Virus genome (UHGV): UHGV-0190738
Direction: 5' to 3' (one strand)
DNA from: a virus
DNA: 44,628 nucleotides
This document shows positions 44,070 through 44,628 of this stretch, piece after piece. Position 1 is the stretch's first letter. Each line of letters begins with the position of its first letter. A program made the translations under genes and the position numbers. The notes beneath the pieces were generated by a model that saw only the letters and a list, made by a program, of their open reading frames with translations, was not told the DNA's origin and searched no databases.

Positions 44070-44242
44070 TATTTATCCTCCTTTGCGTTATTTAATTAAC
44101 TAAATTAGTTTTCTGCCAAATCAACATTATTTAAGCTTTTAGTTATCCACAAAGTGAATCCGTTATTTTATTTTTTCTCATCAATTTCTTATTTTTCTAT
44201 TGCAGCCTGTGGATAAGTTTCTTTAACGCACGTTTTTACTTA

Positions 44243-44473
44243 TCAAATGTTTCTTTTATGCACGTTTTGAGGTAAAAAAAATTCTCCTCTTCTAGATTTC
44301 GGGATATTTAAGAAATCCATTACCTTAGCCAATTCTCGTACGTCAAAAGTAATTAGTCCATCTTCTTTTCTAGAATATGAGCTTCTACCAATGTTTAAAT
44401 ATGCAGCAACATCAGCTTTTGTCTTCCCTTCATTCTTTCGAGCTTCTTTTAACAAATTATAGTCAAATAACAA
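44243..44473 (-). CDS. Cro-like HTH_XRE regulator (TTG start).
   Basis: TKADVAAYLNIGRSSYSRKE HTH. Divergent from the repressor across the switch region. RBS GAGAGGAAGGTGA. Confidence 0.7.
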   Translation of the reverse strand: MLFDYNLLKEARKNEGKTKADVAAYLNIGRSSYSRKEDGLITFDVRELAKVMDFLNIPKSRRGEFFLPQNVHKRNI

Positions 44474-44505
44474 TTATATTCACCTTCCTCTCTGTTACAT
44501 AATGA

Positions 44506-44534
44506 ATCATAACAAGATTCGTGCGTATACGCAA
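44506..44534 (-). promoter_or_regulatory. Early lytic promoter (for cro): -35 TTGCGT, 17-nt spacer, extended -10 TGTTATGAT. An operator palindrome overlaps the spacer.
   Basis: Read on minus: TTGCGTATACGCACGAATCTTGTTATGAT. The palindrome GTGCGTATACGCAa lies inside. Confidence 0.45.
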
Positions 44535-44560
44535 CATAAAATAATAAATAATTTTGCTTG

Positions 44561-44587
44561 TTGCGTTATGCGCACGTTTGTTATACT
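44561..44587 (+). promoter_or_regulatory. Repressor promoter: -35 TTGCGT, 15-nt spacer, extended -10 TGTTATACT. The operator half-site CGCACG lies in the spacer.
   Basis: TTGCGTTATGCGCACGTTTGTTATACT, followed by RBS GAGAGGTGA. The TTG at position 1 is across the circular junction. Confidence 0.45.
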
Positions 44588-44628
44588 AGGATCGTTGATA
44601 CGAACATGTTTTCGAGAGGTGATAAAAA

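Overview
The window reads as a complete, circularly permuted genome of a temperate siphovirus from a low-GC Gram-positive host, most likely Lactobacillales. About 95 % of it is coding. The two ends join to give an intact ribosome-binding site (GAGAGGTGA) followed by a TTG start for the first gene, the repressor. The plus strand carries the lysogeny module: a CI-like HTH/S24 repressor (1-639), a DUF4352-type lipoprotein (720-1352) and a tyrosine integrase (1476-2612). Next come a probable attP region with four TTTGCCCCTTTT direct repeats, and a moron operon driven by its own consensus sigma-A promoter (2907-3749: a YolD-like protein and two small overlapping ORFs).

The rest is on the minus strand, from the right end leftwards. 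It starts with a Cro-like HTH gene and early genes, followed by an Sfi21-type replication module. That module comprises Gp157, a Sak4-like AAA ATPase, an SF2 helicase, an AP2-domain insert, a DUF669 SSB-like protein and a Prim-Pol/P4-type primase-helicase, with an AT-rich repeat region downstream that may be the ori. Then come a VRR-NUC nuclease, many small ORFs, two orphan DNA methyltransferases, YopX and two membrane proteins. After the late activator ArpU there is a roughly 920-bp ORF-free, GC-richer stretch (27540-28460) that looks like structured RNA. The packaging, head and tail genes follow: HNH endonuclease, TerS, TerL, HK97-type portal, ClpP protease, capsid and connectors, a major tail protein, a G/GT chaperone with an A_AAA_AAG -1 frameshift site, a 2062-aa tape measure protein with M23 and SLT domains, Dit, Tal, a beta-helix tail protein and a receptor-binding protein. 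The lysis cassette closes the strand: two XkdX-like mini-genes, an XhlA-like protein, a holin and a signal-peptide GH25 endolysin.

Three things stand out. The 27540-28460 region is a candidate large non-coding RNA. There is a recurring plus-strand module, an extended -10 (TGGTATAAT or TGATATAAT) followed closely by a hairpin and T-run, placed antisense inside the minus-strand operons; two copies sit in tandem at 30035-30245. The genetic switch has symmetric TTGCGT promoters and repeated TACGCAC-type operator half-sites. No tRNA, rRNA or CRISPR array was found. All functional calls rest on motif recognition by eye, with no database searches.
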